Positions 51,298 through 64,000 of a stretch of 64,000 nucleotides of DNA are shown in pieces. The notes beneath the pieces were generated by a model. That model worked only from the letters and a program-made list of their open reading frames with translations. It had not been told where the DNA came from and did not search any database. Made by a program: the position numbers and the translations under genes. The stretch comes from Octopus sinensis (Eukaryota), in assembly GCF_006345805.1 (NCBI RefSeq), contig NC_043001.1, forward strand, positions 112,840,001 to 112,904,000, read 5' to 3'. The first letter of the stretch is position 1. Each line of letters opens with the position of its first letter.

Positions 51298-52691
51298 ATA
51301 ATATTTGGTTTCATAACTATTGTGTAATCAGTTTTTGCTTAAATTAGATCTAATTTACCTGAGAAGTGTTTATCAATTTTTTTCTTCTTTTTGATAAAAT
51401 ATAATGTGATAGAAAAAAAAAAATGGAAACCTTAACTGATGTAAAATAGATTTATACAATGGTTTATTTATAATTAAATGGCATATTTAGAATTTAGGTT
51501 TCTGCTGCATCGTATACTCATACTCAATGTGGATGTCTTCAGTGACATTTGTACTTTCCTATCAGGATAACATATAGAATTAGAGACTATCACATATTTG
51601 CCCTCTTCGGAAGGTTGTTTGCATAGTTACTCACAAGCTCCTATTTACATCTTGATAAACAATGAGATGAATCCTGTGAATTTGTGTGTGTATATTTTAC
51701 TCAGAGTGTTTGTTTTAATTGTGCGTGTGTATGAGAGAGAGCATATATATAGATGTATAGATAAGTAGATTGTGTGAGTATAATATATATGTATATATAT
51801 ATATATATATACAGACACAAGCATTTATATTGTGTGAGTGTATGTGCGTGTGTGTGTAATATATATGTATATATATACATAGATGCATGCATTTTTATGG
51901 AGATACACAATCACACACCTCGTACATACATGCATAAAGATATAACTTCATGTGTGCATTTATACACACCATACATACATTGATATTCGCATTGTCTATG
52001 TTTGTTTAGATATGAGTGTGTATTAGTGTGTGCCTCTATATGTATATTCATATGCATGTGTATAATAATGTATGTCTGCGTTGTGTATAAGTATACTTTG
52101 TGCTATTCTTGTTCTCTGCTGGTAAACTGATAAAATACTTCGCAACATGCTATTGATATTGAAATATATATTTTTCATTGGAGAAATTTTAGCTGCTTTA
52201 CTGCAACAAGAGAACTAAAACAAAAGTGAAAACAAGATACTGAAGAAAGCCTTCTAATGCACAAGAAGCCTTTCAAAAACAAAAACATAATTTCCGCAAG
52301 ATATATGTTTATAATAGAGGAAAATGATTAAAATGAATTAAGTGTGTAACATAAAGACATCATTCTGCTAACAAGGTTCCATATTCTTGCCCTTACCAAG
52401 AACTCTTGGGAATATAATGGCTGCAGGAACTGATCAGACATTTGTCATTATTATATGCAAATATATTCATATATATTCTGGTGTATGTTAGAACATGCTG
52501 GGATAAATTTTGATATCATTCTTTCTCTCTCTCTTACACATACACACTCATATACACACTCACAGATGTACATGCATGTTTGTGTGAAAGTGATAGTTAT
52601 GCACAGTATAATGAGATAAATAAGATATATTTTTATCAGAATGTGGATATATTGATACTTATGGGAAAGAAATGGATTTACATGCCACCTA

Positions 52692-52718
52692 TGGCCTTTC
52701 TTACATTTCTCTTTGTTA

Positions 52719-52803
<85 letters not shown>

Positions 52804-52830
52804 TAACAAAGAGAAATGTAAGAAAGGCCA
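52692..52830. repeat. Near-perfect 139-bp palindrome centred on (TA)n
   Basis: TGGCCTTTCTTACATTTCTCTTTGTTATG(TG)n(TA)n(CA)nTAACAAAGAGAAATGTAAGAAAGGCCA. Confidence 0.93.
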
Positions 52831-53761
52831 CATACACACACACACATGTATATGTGTATGTATACACACACACACACATGCGTTTTGACATGGCTGTGTG
52901 GTTAAGAAGTTAGCTTTGTAGCCATGTGGTTTTAGGTTCAGTCCCACTGCATGCTATGACTTCCATTGAAGCTCAAATGAGTTCTAAGTGAATTTGGTGA
53001 CAAAAATCATGTGATGTTAAAATTTGGGTAAAGAAGTTATTTTTTTATTTAACATAACTAATCTGAGAACTTTCTGATGCCACAGTATGTGTCTATACGT
53101 ATATATAAACATGTTGAAAATATCAGTTTTTGTCTAATTGCTGAAGCAACATTTGACCTAATTAGTACTTAGATGAGTAACTGAGTGGGATTTTAGGTAT
53201 TTTAAGTATCTTTTAGATAGTCCCAGCACCATAATAAAATGCACTCTATAGTGGTTGGCGCTAGGTAGTGCATCTAGTTGTAAAACCATTCTTAAAAGAG
53301 AACATATAAGAGTGAGGTTGGACTCTGACCTATTTAGGACAAATAAGAACTGACTCAGTTTGTGACAAACTGTCCACCCCATACCAGCATAGAAAAAAAA
53401 GACATAAAATGATGCGCATGATGTATGAGCAAATATATGTAAATGTATATAAATCTGTGAGTAGATATTCTGCTGCAAACCCAGAAGAATCGTACATTGA
53501 AAAACATTTCAAAGTATGCTTAAATATACATATAAGATGCATGCATTTATATAATTATCAGTTTCAATTCAATGTTTTATATGTTTGTGTGTATGTGTGT
53601 ATTTATAAATACAGTATTAACTGGCTCTGTGTACAAACTTAACATAAATATCTATAATCACTCAAAATTATTTTATGGCTTAGAACATCTGTAAGCCTAT
53701 ATAGTGTATCTGTATTCATTCACTCACACATACCAACACTTTATTTTTTGTAAACATAACG

Positions 53762-53803
<42 letters not shown>

Positions 53804-54779
53804 ATATGTGTGACTAATACATGCACAATTTAAATGCTTTCTAATTAACTTATCATAAATTGTGCCAGTGAATAAATTAAGAAAAAAAAAACACTTCTCT
53901 TTATATTTTTAATGTGTTAGTGAATGCATAAATATTTTGCATATCTATAATTTGTCTCCATAGGAAACAAAAATAAAAATGTATATTTTTCCTATCAAAA
54001 CCTTTAAATGTTTCATAATTAGATATTTCAGTTTTATAAAATGAAATTTATAAGAGAACTAAGAAAACAGATGCCATGTTTACAATAAAATAACAGCTTC
54101 CGGTTCTTTATAATTTGATGCAAAAGCCATGCATTCTCTTGTGTATATGTGTGCATACAATGTATACACATTCACATGGTTCACAAGCAATAATATAAAG
54201 CATACACAAAAATGTCAGTTTTGCTCAAAATAGAATTTAAAACAGATTTCTAAACGGGGCATCCATTTTGTTTTTAATTGTAGTTATTCTTTTTTTTTTT
54301 TCCTTTTTTTTTTTACTATTGAAATATTTCTTTTTCTTAAACACTTTTTGAAACATTTTTATCTTGTGCGATGGATGGTCCTTCAAATTTCAGAATTTTG
54401 CAAGAATTTCTGATTCTACCGTAGCCAAATGCTTATTGTAGTTCCAACAATAGCACTGTAAAATTGTAGTGTGTTTATATCCAAGCTTGGTAGTCAGTCA
54501 GCAGTGGAGCCGTAGTTTATAGCTTGTGACAGCCCTCACTCATCTTAGCTACACCTGCAGATGTGAAAGTTACAGCAAACCAATTCGTCTTCAGTTGAAT
54601 TACTGTTTATAATTATTTCACTTAACTCTTGTAGTTGTCATTGAGAAATGTTTGAACATCATAATTCTCATTTTTCACCTTTTCCCTCCACTACATAGAA
54701 CTTACCAGGAAAGGCAGAAAAGCAGTATTGATTGGCAATGAGAGGAATAATTTATCTATCATCTTATATATATATATAT

Positions 54780-55111
54780 ATCATCATCATCATCATCATC
54801 ATTACTTAACGTCCGCTTTCCATGCTAGCATGGGTTGGACGGTTCAACTGGGGTCTGTGAAGCCAGAAGGCTGCACCAGGCCCAGTCTGATCTGGCAGTG
54901 TTTCTATGGCTGGATGCCCTTCCTAACGCCAACCACTCCAAGAGTGTAGTGGGTGCTTTTTACGTGCCACCCGCACAGGTACCAGACAGAGCTGGCAGAC
55001 GGCCACGGACAGCTGGTGCTTTTACGTGCCACCGGCACAGGGGCCAGGCGAGGCTGGCAACGACCACGAATGTATGGTGCTTTTACGTGCCACTGGCACC
55101 GGGGCCAGGCG
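54780..55111 (-). mobile_element. Family D SINE with 3 VNTR units
   Basis: (CAT)n tail, conserved body and GGTGCTTTTACGTGCC units; flanked by (TA)n. Confidence 0.9.
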
Positions 55112-56989
55112 ATATATATATATATATATATCAGATTTGGTTGTGAGGCACAAATTCCATTGCTTCGTTGGTAGACAGAAACATTGTGAGTGGATTTGGT
55201 AGTCAAAACTGAAAGAAACTTATTGTATGTATGTGAGTGTCACTGTCTTCCTGTCTTGACGTATGATTATTGCAAATGAGTGTCACCATTATACAAGCAA
55301 TGTCCTTCATTTCTAATCTTCTATGAAAATGTCTGATAATGGGGAAATATTACATTACTGGTAAACAGGTGAGAGTTGGTGACAGGAAGGGTATCCAGCT
55401 TTAGAAAATCTGCTTCAACAAGTTCTGTCCAACCCATGCAAGCATGGAAAAGTGGGTGTTGGAAAATGAATATGATGATAATATTGCAGTAAGACTTGTA
55501 TGAACTTAATCTCAACTGAAAGTGTTCAATAAATTGCTATAAGTTACTTGGGGCTACAAAGAAAGTCTATAGCAAAGAATTAAAAATCTCAGTACAATAT
55601 GTGTGTTTACTGTTATCTCACAGTCTCTTCCATGACAAACATATATGTCTGTATATAAAATATTCTGTGCATGATATTGAATATAATCATTGAGATACTG
55701 TTGATAAAGTAAAGAAGTTGGATTTGTTTGTTAGCTCCCAAGCAAGATCCTATTGAACAGAGCTGTGAATGAAAAGCATTCAAGCCATTACCACCCTATC
55801 TTGTTATTCAGATGTTTTGTATGTAGGACTGCATTATCCAATGTGTCTGTTCTTCTTTGTAAGATGGTATAGGGTGTGATTTGATAACAACTTTTGGTTG
55901 CCGTATCTTGTACATTGAGCAAGCACACAAACACTCCCCCATTGGCTCATATTGAAAGAATTACTTTCTAGTGGTATCCACCACAAAAGAAAGTGGCACA
56001 CATACAACATACAGAATACTTTAATCATAAGGGCCAGAGGTATTGGTGAATCTCTGAAACAAAATTTTTATTCTGTCTGGTCATAAATCCTTGTTTGAGT
56101 ATCTTTCAAATTCTATTAAAATGGTGATAAAATTTTGCCTTCATACATCAATGAATGTCCAGAAATTTATCATATATAGGTGAAGGACTAGACTCCTGTA
56201 TTTTTTGAAGTTTTGCATTTTTCAATTCTATAAATTCTTTGCAGATTTATTAACAGTAGTGATCTATTATTATCCACACTAAGTTCCGAATTCAACATTT
56301 CTGGATATTTATTAACTCTGAAACAGAAGTATCGCAATCAGCTGATATTTGATTCTATAGTTTTGGTTTCAATCTCTAGTGTCTTATCATTTTCTCTACG
56401 ATTATTTTCACTATCTTCACCAGTACATATGTTTTAGAGTAACGTTACACTGTACTTATTCCTAATAGTTCATATTCCGGTTGATATCCTAACATATATT
56501 CTGGATGCATTTTTCCCCAAAGATATTCCTCTTACAGTATTACACACATTCTAGCAAACTCTTCAGTGTAAAGATTAGGGAAATGATGCTAGTTAAATTG
56601 GAATCAGTAATTGGTAAATTGCCAAGCACTGTCAATGGTTTTATTTCCCTCACCCAATCCTGTGCTAAATAATTGGTCAGTTGATCAATAAAGTGCATGC
56701 TAAATTCTTGTTGCCCAAATACTAGCTTTGCAAGTTTTTTTTCTTCTCTCAGATTCTGAGAACTTTAGGTTAGCTTTCTAACTTTCTGTTTTTGCTTTCT
56801 TCTTCTCCTTCTCTCTCTACATCTCTTCTCTTGATTTCTTCACATCTGTGTGCACTAAGCCAAATGCAAATGTACATATGTATATATATGCAAACACATC
56901 CATATACATTATAGCTCTGAACTTTATCTGCTAATGGACGTAATTTTTATTATAAAAAGTAGGTGAGTCAAACTCATTAATACAAACAT

Positions 56990-57038
<49 letters not shown>

Positions 57039-57357
57039 CAGAGCTGACCATGTATCAGATAGATGTGGTATGAAGATTCTGAATCATGTGTCTAACATAT
57101 TCTCGTACAATCATAAGCATACAAGTTCACATATGCATGCAGGCCCCTCACACTTCTGTTTGCTTGCCTCTTTGTATTGAATCATCCAAACTTGTTACTA
57201 CCTCAATAATACTTAGAACATTGTTTGTAATACATAACTACAGATATACATGCACACATATTCATGACATTTATGTGTGTGTGTGTGTGTATATGTATAT
57301 ATATATGTGTGTGTGTGTGTGTAAATATGTATGTATTTATATATATATATATATATA

Positions 57358-57528
57358 GGCGCAGGAGTGGCTGTGTGGTAAGTAGCTTGCTAACCAACCA
57401 CATGGTTCTGGGTTCAATCCCATTGCGTGGCATCTTGGGCAAGTGTCTTCTGCTATAGCCCCGGGCCGACCAATGCCTTGTGAGTGGATTTAGTAGACGG
57501 AAACTGAAAGAAGCCTGTCGTATATATG

Positions 57529-57559
<31 letters not shown>

Positions 57560-57770
57560 GTTTGTGTGTCTGTGTTTGTCCCCTTAGCATTGCTTGACAA
57601 CCGATGCTGGTGTGTGTTTACGTCCCCGTAACTTAGCGGTTCGGTAAAAGAGACCGATAGAATAAGTACTGGGCTTACAAAGAATAAGTCCCGGGGTCGA
57701 TTTGCTCGACTAAAGGCGGTGCTCCAGCATGGCCGCAGTCAAATGACTGAAACAAGTAATAGAGTAAAGA

Positions 57771-57771
<1 letters not shown>
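57358..57771 (+). mobile_element. Family A SINE, full length
   Basis: Head with A/B-box-like motifs, CTTGGGCAAGTGTCTT motif, central microsatellite, TAAAGAG tail; embedded in (TA)n. Confidence 0.93.
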
Positions 57772-57812
<41 letters not shown>

Positions 57813-58113
57813 GTGTGTGTATATGTATGTATTTATATGAATACAGTAGCGGCCATAATATAAGAACAAGTGAATTGAAATAGTTAGTATAGAAGATTAA
57901 CAACATGTTGAGACTAAATATTTTACACATATTTAGATATGTCTAGTATCTATCTTTCATAAAAATTTCAAGTGATTGGAATAACTATTTCGTAAGTTAT
58001 GAGGAAATAAACAATCTTCTAAATTGCAGCTGACACAAGTTAAGGGTCACTTAGAAAGAAATGAACTACTAACTGAGGCATTTGTTTAGAAGACTGCTAA
58101 TATATATATATAT

Positions 58114-58297
58114 AAGGAAAGTTTACGAAAGAAACAAAAGACAAAGACAGGTGGTGTACAAAACAAACAGATGTATTAGTATAACGCTCAGGAATAGAAA
58201 AAAGTCTTTTACGTTTTGAGCCTACGCTCTTCTACAGAATGGGACACAGAAAAAACAAGGAGAGAAAAAAATGTGTAGTGGCTAACGATCTATCATG
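58114..58297 (-). mobile_element. Second copy of the short repeat carrying the CUGUAGA hammerhead-like motif (motif at 58206-58241)
   Basis: Reverse-complement homology to 4869-5007; inserted in (TA)n; GAAA changed to AAAA. Confidence 0.7.
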
Positions 58298-59011
58298 ATA
58301 TATATATATTATATATATATATGCTTATTTTTCATAGTCATACATGTGTATTCGTACAACTAATATAAACTTGCACTCTTATATGCATTCTTTATTATAT
58401 ATACCAACACACAAGCACTTTCTATCACTCTCCCTCACACACAGACATGCACACACACACACACACACACACACATGCACATAGAGCACCTAATATTCAT
58501 TCATTTGAAGCTTGTTCTGTTAGTCAGATCTTGTCATGAATGAGTGATACTTTTTGTCACCTTAAGCAATGGACATAGCAAGAAATTAACTATGAGCAGC
58601 AATGGAATGAATTATCAGCTTTGAATGAATTAAGAGTCTTGAATACATTATTGAATACCTTTTCTTCTGTTTATTTATCTTAATGTGTATGTGTTGTTCA
58701 GAAATCAAAAATATAACAATTTTAGCCATAGGCAGCACTCTGGACTTTACTGAAGTAGTCTGAAGACATCATTGCTAGATGGAGAAATGTATGATAATGT
58801 TACTCTTTGGCTGGGAATTGTGCAGCTGTGAGGAATGTTCATAATGAAGCTAAAACAATAGCTTCATTTAGTTCAAGCAAAAATATAACATTGAGGTTGC
58901 TAATTATTAGATTTTATTATTTTCTTTTTCCTTGAGAAAATGTGATGAAATTCTCTATGTAAAACTTAAAATAGAAAATGTGAATAGGTTTTATATATGT
59001 ATATATGTATA

Positions 59012-59046
<35 letters not shown>

Positions 59047-59178
59047 TGTTATTAAAATGTGTCAAAGATGGAAAAGACAAATTAAATTGGTAGTGTCTTT
59101 CTTAAAATAAATAACCATTTCAACATGGAAAATAACATAATTATGATATTTATCAATCAAATAATAATGATGATGATG

Positions 59179-59217
<39 letters not shown>

Positions 59218-59568
59218 TAATAATAATAATAATAATAAATGTGTTGACCGGCTGTGTGGATACAGGATTTGCTTTGTAATCACATGAGGATTTCCACTAC
59301 ATTGTATGTAAGGCACTTGTCTATTGTGTACTACTACTTACTATCAACGAGTGGAATTGGTAGATGGAAACTTAAGTAGAAGCCTGGTGTGTGTGTGTGT
59401 GTGTGTGTTTTAATATTTCACTTAGGCATAGTGAGACTAATATGCCCTGGTGTAGAACTCAATATACATATGCTTCAGAACACAATATTAGATGAGTATA
59501 AAGTAGTAATAAGAACAAAGAGATGACAATGGAAAGAAAGAAACAAAGGTTATGTAATGAACTTCATT

Positions 59569-59635
59569 GGCTTACAGCTGTTTCTGCTATAAGATGCAGT
59601 GGACTCCTAGTTCATTCTACAGCTTCATCAGAGCC
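59569..59635 (-). ncRNA. Type-I hammerhead ribozyme with long stem II
   Basis: Minus strand GGCT-CTGATGA-A-GCTGTAGAATG...CATCTTATAGC-A-GAAA-CAGCTG-TA-AGCC: stem I GGCT/AGCC, palindromic stem III ACAGCTGT, GUA site. Confidence 0.78.
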
Positions 59636-60174
59636 TTTAATATGAAGTGTACTTTATTTGGGAAAATTACATTTTTGAAACATACATGTATTGCGAGTGA
59701 GAAAGGCTATGTTGATGCCTGTGGACAATTCTGTCCATAATTTATTCTCTGACCCAAGCAAACCTGTAAGTGTTATGTTAAAATGATGATATCTGAATAT
59801 GTGTGCATATGTGTATGAATGCTTACATTTTGCATCTTTTGCATGAGTATTGAGTAAAAATTATGGTATTGTTTTGTTAATATTCTGTCAACAAATTGTC
59901 CTCTAGTTCTGTACTTTTGAAGAAAGGCGAATCCTTTTCTTGACAAATAGATGTAAGTTAATGAAAGGAAGGGTATCTTAAATTGTAAAACCATGTTTTA
60001 ATAAATATTTGTTCTTGTTGGCATGGAAAAAATGATTGGTAAACCAGAAGAAATGAATGTTAGATTAATGAATGAAAGAAAAGAACAAATGAGTGATATA
60101 AAATACATTGATTAAGCAATTCTGTGTTATGTCTAGCCAAAATTGCCCTACAGATATAACATAGACTGGACAGT

Positions 60175-60567
60175 GGCGCAGGAGTGGCTGTGTGGTAAGT
60201 AGCCTGCTTACCAACCACATGGTTCCGGGTTCAGTCCCACTGCGTGGCACCTTGGGCAAGTGTCTTCTACTATAGCCTCTGGCCGACCACCTTGTGAGTG
60301 GATTTGGTAGACGGAAAATGAAAGAAGCCCGTCGTATATATATGTATATATGTGTGTTTGTGTGTCTGTGTTTGTCCCCCTAGCATTGCTTGACAACCGA
60401 TGCTGGTGTGTTTATGTCCCCGTCACTTAGCGGTTCGGCAAAAGAGACGATAGAATAAGTACTGGGCTTACAATGAATAAGTCCCGGGGTCAAGTTGCTC
60501 GATTAAAGGCGGTGCTCCGGCATGGCCACAGTCAAATGACTGAAACAAGTAAAAGAGTAAAAGAGAG
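60175..60567 (+). mobile_element. Family A SINE, full length
   Basis: Matches consensus end to end. Confidence 0.93.
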
Positions 60568-60617
60568 TATGTGATATAGTTCTTAGCTATTTTTATTTAA
60601 AAAATTTTTAAATTTTA

Positions 60618-61090
60618 TCTAGTTTCAGCTCATGAGCTGTGACCATGCTGGGGCACCGCCATTCTAATGTGCCTTTTAATGCTTAGCTTATGGGCCCGAT
60701 TTCCTGGTTTCAATGGCGTATGTGTTCCCCAGCTGTACGGGATGCCAGTCCATCACAGCATTACTCATTTTTGCCAGCTGAGTGGACTGGAGCAATGTGA
60801 AATGAAATATTTTGCTCAAGAACACAACGTGTCACCTGGTCCAGGAATTGAAACCAAAATCTTACGATCATAATGCTGACACAAGCCATCATTGTTATTG
60901 AAGGGAAAGGTAAAAGCTGATACAGCTTGGCACCAGTGATGTTGCAACTCATCTCTGCAGCTGAGTGAACTGGAGCAACGTGAAATAAAGTGTTTTGCTC
61001 AAGAACTCAACACACAGCCTAGTCCAGGAATCAAACTTACTACCACATGATTGTGGACCTGATGCTCTAACCACTGAGCCATGCACCTTT
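60618..61090 (-). mobile_element. SINE family E: two tandem tRNA-headed units
   Basis: Minus-strand A box TGGCTCAGTGG and B-box-like GTTTGATTCC; body TTCTTGAGCAAAA...ATTTCAC(A/G)TTGCTCCAGT(C/T)CACTCAGCTG present twice (~60775-60850 and ~60958-61030). Confidence 0.75.
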
Positions 61091-61267
61091 GGTTATACTT
61101 AGTTTTTTTCACTGAGTACCTGAATACCAGAGATTCTTTTAGTGAAGGCTGCTAGCCTTGGATTACTCAACAACACTAAGACCTGTTAACAATAGTATCA
61201 AAAATTAGTTATTATTGTTTAAAGAGTGTTGAAGGTTTTTTTTTTTAATACATGGCTCATAGAAGCT

Positions 61268-61482
61268 GGTGAGCTGGCAGAATTGTTATCATGCTGGAGA
61301 AAATGTTTAGTGGCATTTTTCCTGATTTTGCATTTTGAGTTCGAATTCTGCTGAGGTTGACTTTACCTTTCATCCTTTCATGGTTGATAGAATAAGTAGT
61401 AGTTGAGCACTGGGGTCAATGTAATTGCCCCCCCCCCCCCAAAAAAAAAAAATTTGCTGGCCTTGTGCCAAAATTTGAAACT
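61268..61482 (+). mobile_element. Family B SINE, degenerate
   Basis: GGTGAGCTGGCAGAATTGTT...GAGTTCGAATTCTGCTGAGGTTGACTTTACCTTTCATCCTT. Confidence 0.8.
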
Positions 61483-61777
61483 GAATCTGAAACCAATATA
61501 TGGCTCATTGATTGGTTGCTTTGTTAGCATGTTTCTTTTCCGAAAGACTCTATTTTGCTTTATTACATTTGCTAGGAATGAATTAAGCTTTAGCCTCACT
61601 TGGTGATAGTGTGATGAGAGTTTGGCAGAACATCAGTTTACCAAGCACACCTGCCAAATTTTGGAATGAGGAGCAGGCAGAGGAAAAATGAAAACAAACT
61701 TCCCCTTAATCTTTTCAACCAAATTGTTATGAATATATTAGTCAAGTATTTAAGGTTGTGAAATTGAGCTCAGAACT

Positions 61778-61779
<2 letters not shown>

Positions 61780-61816
<37 letters not shown>

Positions 61817-61871
61817 GTAAATATGTATGTATGTATGTTTGTATACATATATATATATATATATATTATAC

Positions 61872-61904
<33 letters not shown>

Positions 61905-62220
61905 ATGTAAATATGTATGTATGTGTATATATATATATATATTAAATATGTATGTATGTATGTGTGTATATATATATATATATAGTATATATATATATAT
62001 ATATCTATATATATATATATGTAAATATGTATGTATGTATGTGTATATATATATATATATATAATATATATGTAAATATGTATGTATGTATGTGTATATA
62101 TATATATGTAATATGTATGTATGTGTGTATATATATGTAAATATATATATATATATATTATATATATATATATATAATATATATATATATTATATATGTG
62201 TGTGTGTGTATATATATATG
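61780..62220. repeat. Compound (TA)n/(TATG)n minisatellite
   Basis: Repeated GTAAATATGTATGTATGT units separated by (TA)n. Confidence 0.85.
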
Positions 62221-62524
62221 GTGTTGAGAGCTTACAGTATAGTTCGTCTGCTGCCCTGTTGTGATTGCTATTAGCCATATGGGTCATCTCTGACCAGTTG
62301 AACTAGGTATGCCCAGGTAATGAACAAGATTACAGTTTTATTGTAGTATTTTTAAGAGAAATAATTTTCTCTCGGATTTTACTAATGATATTTTCCAAAA
62401 ATATATAAAACATTTGTAACTGAAAATATTTTCACGGCACATTGTGTATCAAAAAGAATAATAATGTATAAAATGTCTCATTTAAAAGAACTACTGAATT
62501 TTGTCTCTCTCTCTTACATTCTTT

Positions 62525-62564
<40 letters not shown>

Positions 62565-64000
62565 ACACATGCACACACTTAACTATTTTAAATATTTGGG
62601 TAACTTACCTTTCAGAGACTATTGATAAAATAGATACCAATTCATATTCCAATTATGAATGGTTCGCCTTAGTTATGACATCATCATCATCATCGTCATA
62701 TTTAACATCCGTCTTCCATGTTGGCATGGGTTAGTATATAAAAAATGCTTGTTCCAAGAAAGTGAGATTGTAGCTTGATGACAACATTCCTAGAGAGGTT
62801 AATAAAATACTGATCTGTTCAGCAAGATAAAGAGTTCAAATTCTGTCAAGTTCCAACTTTTCACTTTACTGGAATTATTGAAAGAAGTAGCAATAATGTA
62901 TAACGTGTTCACAGCTACATCAGATATTGCTTGTTGAAGTCATGGCTCGCTTCCAAGCAATCAATCAAACTACCTCTGATTTTACCTCACCAAAGCTGAC
63001 ACAAACTCCTTGACAACAACCAATACAAAATGATATTGCTATTGACCAGTCGAATTGTGCCTAATTCATCTAGCTTAACATTGTTTTGCTTGTCAGCTAA
63101 GTTGTGCTGAGGACTTCTTATGATTAAAGCATGTAGGGCAAACGTTCCAAATTCAATGATGTGGGTTTTTTTTTGTTGTTGTTTTTGCTATTGTTTCATA
63201 GCCTTGAATTGTTTATCAACAGGGTTTGTGCTGAAGGCTTCTTATGATTACAAAGCTCACAGAGCATACATTCCAAATCTAATCATGTGTTTTGTTGCTG
63301 TTATTTCCTAGTCCTTGAGTCAAACTCTCACACTCCAGTTACGAACTGTTACAATTACTAATATCATTAATTTCTGTCACAAAGTATGAAAATCATTTTT
63401 CCATTGTTTGGCACCGAGTCAACTTCTGATTGGGTGGACTTATCATCACGAAGGCATCCCATTTGTAACCATGTTTCTCTTTATAAGTATCTAATTACAT
63501 TATCCAATCATCGTCATCATTGTCATCATCATTGTAATCATCAGCATTGCCACCATTCTAATGTCCACTTTTCCATGCTTGCATGGGTCTGATAAAATTC
63601 ATTGAGTTAGATTTTCTATGGCCACGTACCTTGATATTTAAGAGAATGGGTGAAGTTTGAGGTAAATTTGGCTTTGCTGTTCCTAGCAAATTTAGTAACC
63701 ACCTGTTGATGTTAAATGCTATATTTAACTTGTGAAATACATTGAGAAAATACTGAAACCAACATACTTGACCAAAATCCTTCTGGACCTGAATTCTTTG
63801 TTCTGCTAACAAACTACACATTTATCTCTTAAGTCTTCAACTTTTTTTTAACTATATTTTTAAAAAGAGTATGCCACCCATATGTTATACTTAATTTTCA
63901 AGAATATTTAGAAATGTGAAATTTTTATAAAACCACGGTATATTAAGGTGGTGTTTGACACCAAAGTTAATTTACCACAAAGGTTTATCTTGTGAAATCA

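Noticed and set aside
52236-52285. CTGAAGA followed by a hairpin (hammerhead-like); similar partial matches at ~892 and ~58760
   Set aside because: No correctly placed GAAA, stem III or stem I closure.
62238-62316. AG...GT-bounded 79-nt candidate exon
   Set aside because: Stops in all three frames and a poor pyrimidine tract; not supportable without transcript data.

Overview
AT-rich, microsatellite-saturated eukaryotic DNA, almost entirely non-coding. The combination of tRNA-headed SINE families and dense (TA)n/(CA)n/(GA)n/(ATCT)n tracts suggests a coleoid cephalopod such as Octopus (inference). No intact protein-coding gene can be supported; nearly all listed ORFs are microsatellite or SINE read-through. 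The window probably covers the 5' end and long first introns of a plus-strand gene, with candidate donors after 13417, 24961, 37835 and 49322. It holds dozens of SINE copies (families labelled A-E here), a decayed RTE-clade LINE RT fragment, a non-autonomous Helitron, and hAT and Tc1/pogo MITEs. Main hidden signals: (i) minimal type-I hammerhead ribozymes of the Penelope/retrozyme type, including a back-to-back pair in a perfect 83-bp inverted repeat (34492-34684), a well-formed solo copy (59569-59635) and a CUGUAGA core-variant family; (ii) a candidate miR-29-seed pre-miRNA hairpin (18056-18138); (iii) a ~760-bp inverted duplication of an exon-like segment with an identity gradient (46577-49755); (iv) a U1-mimic sequence able to sequester a 5' splice site (24950-24997). 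All calls were made by eye; repeat boundaries are approximate unless TSDs or TIRs are quoted.
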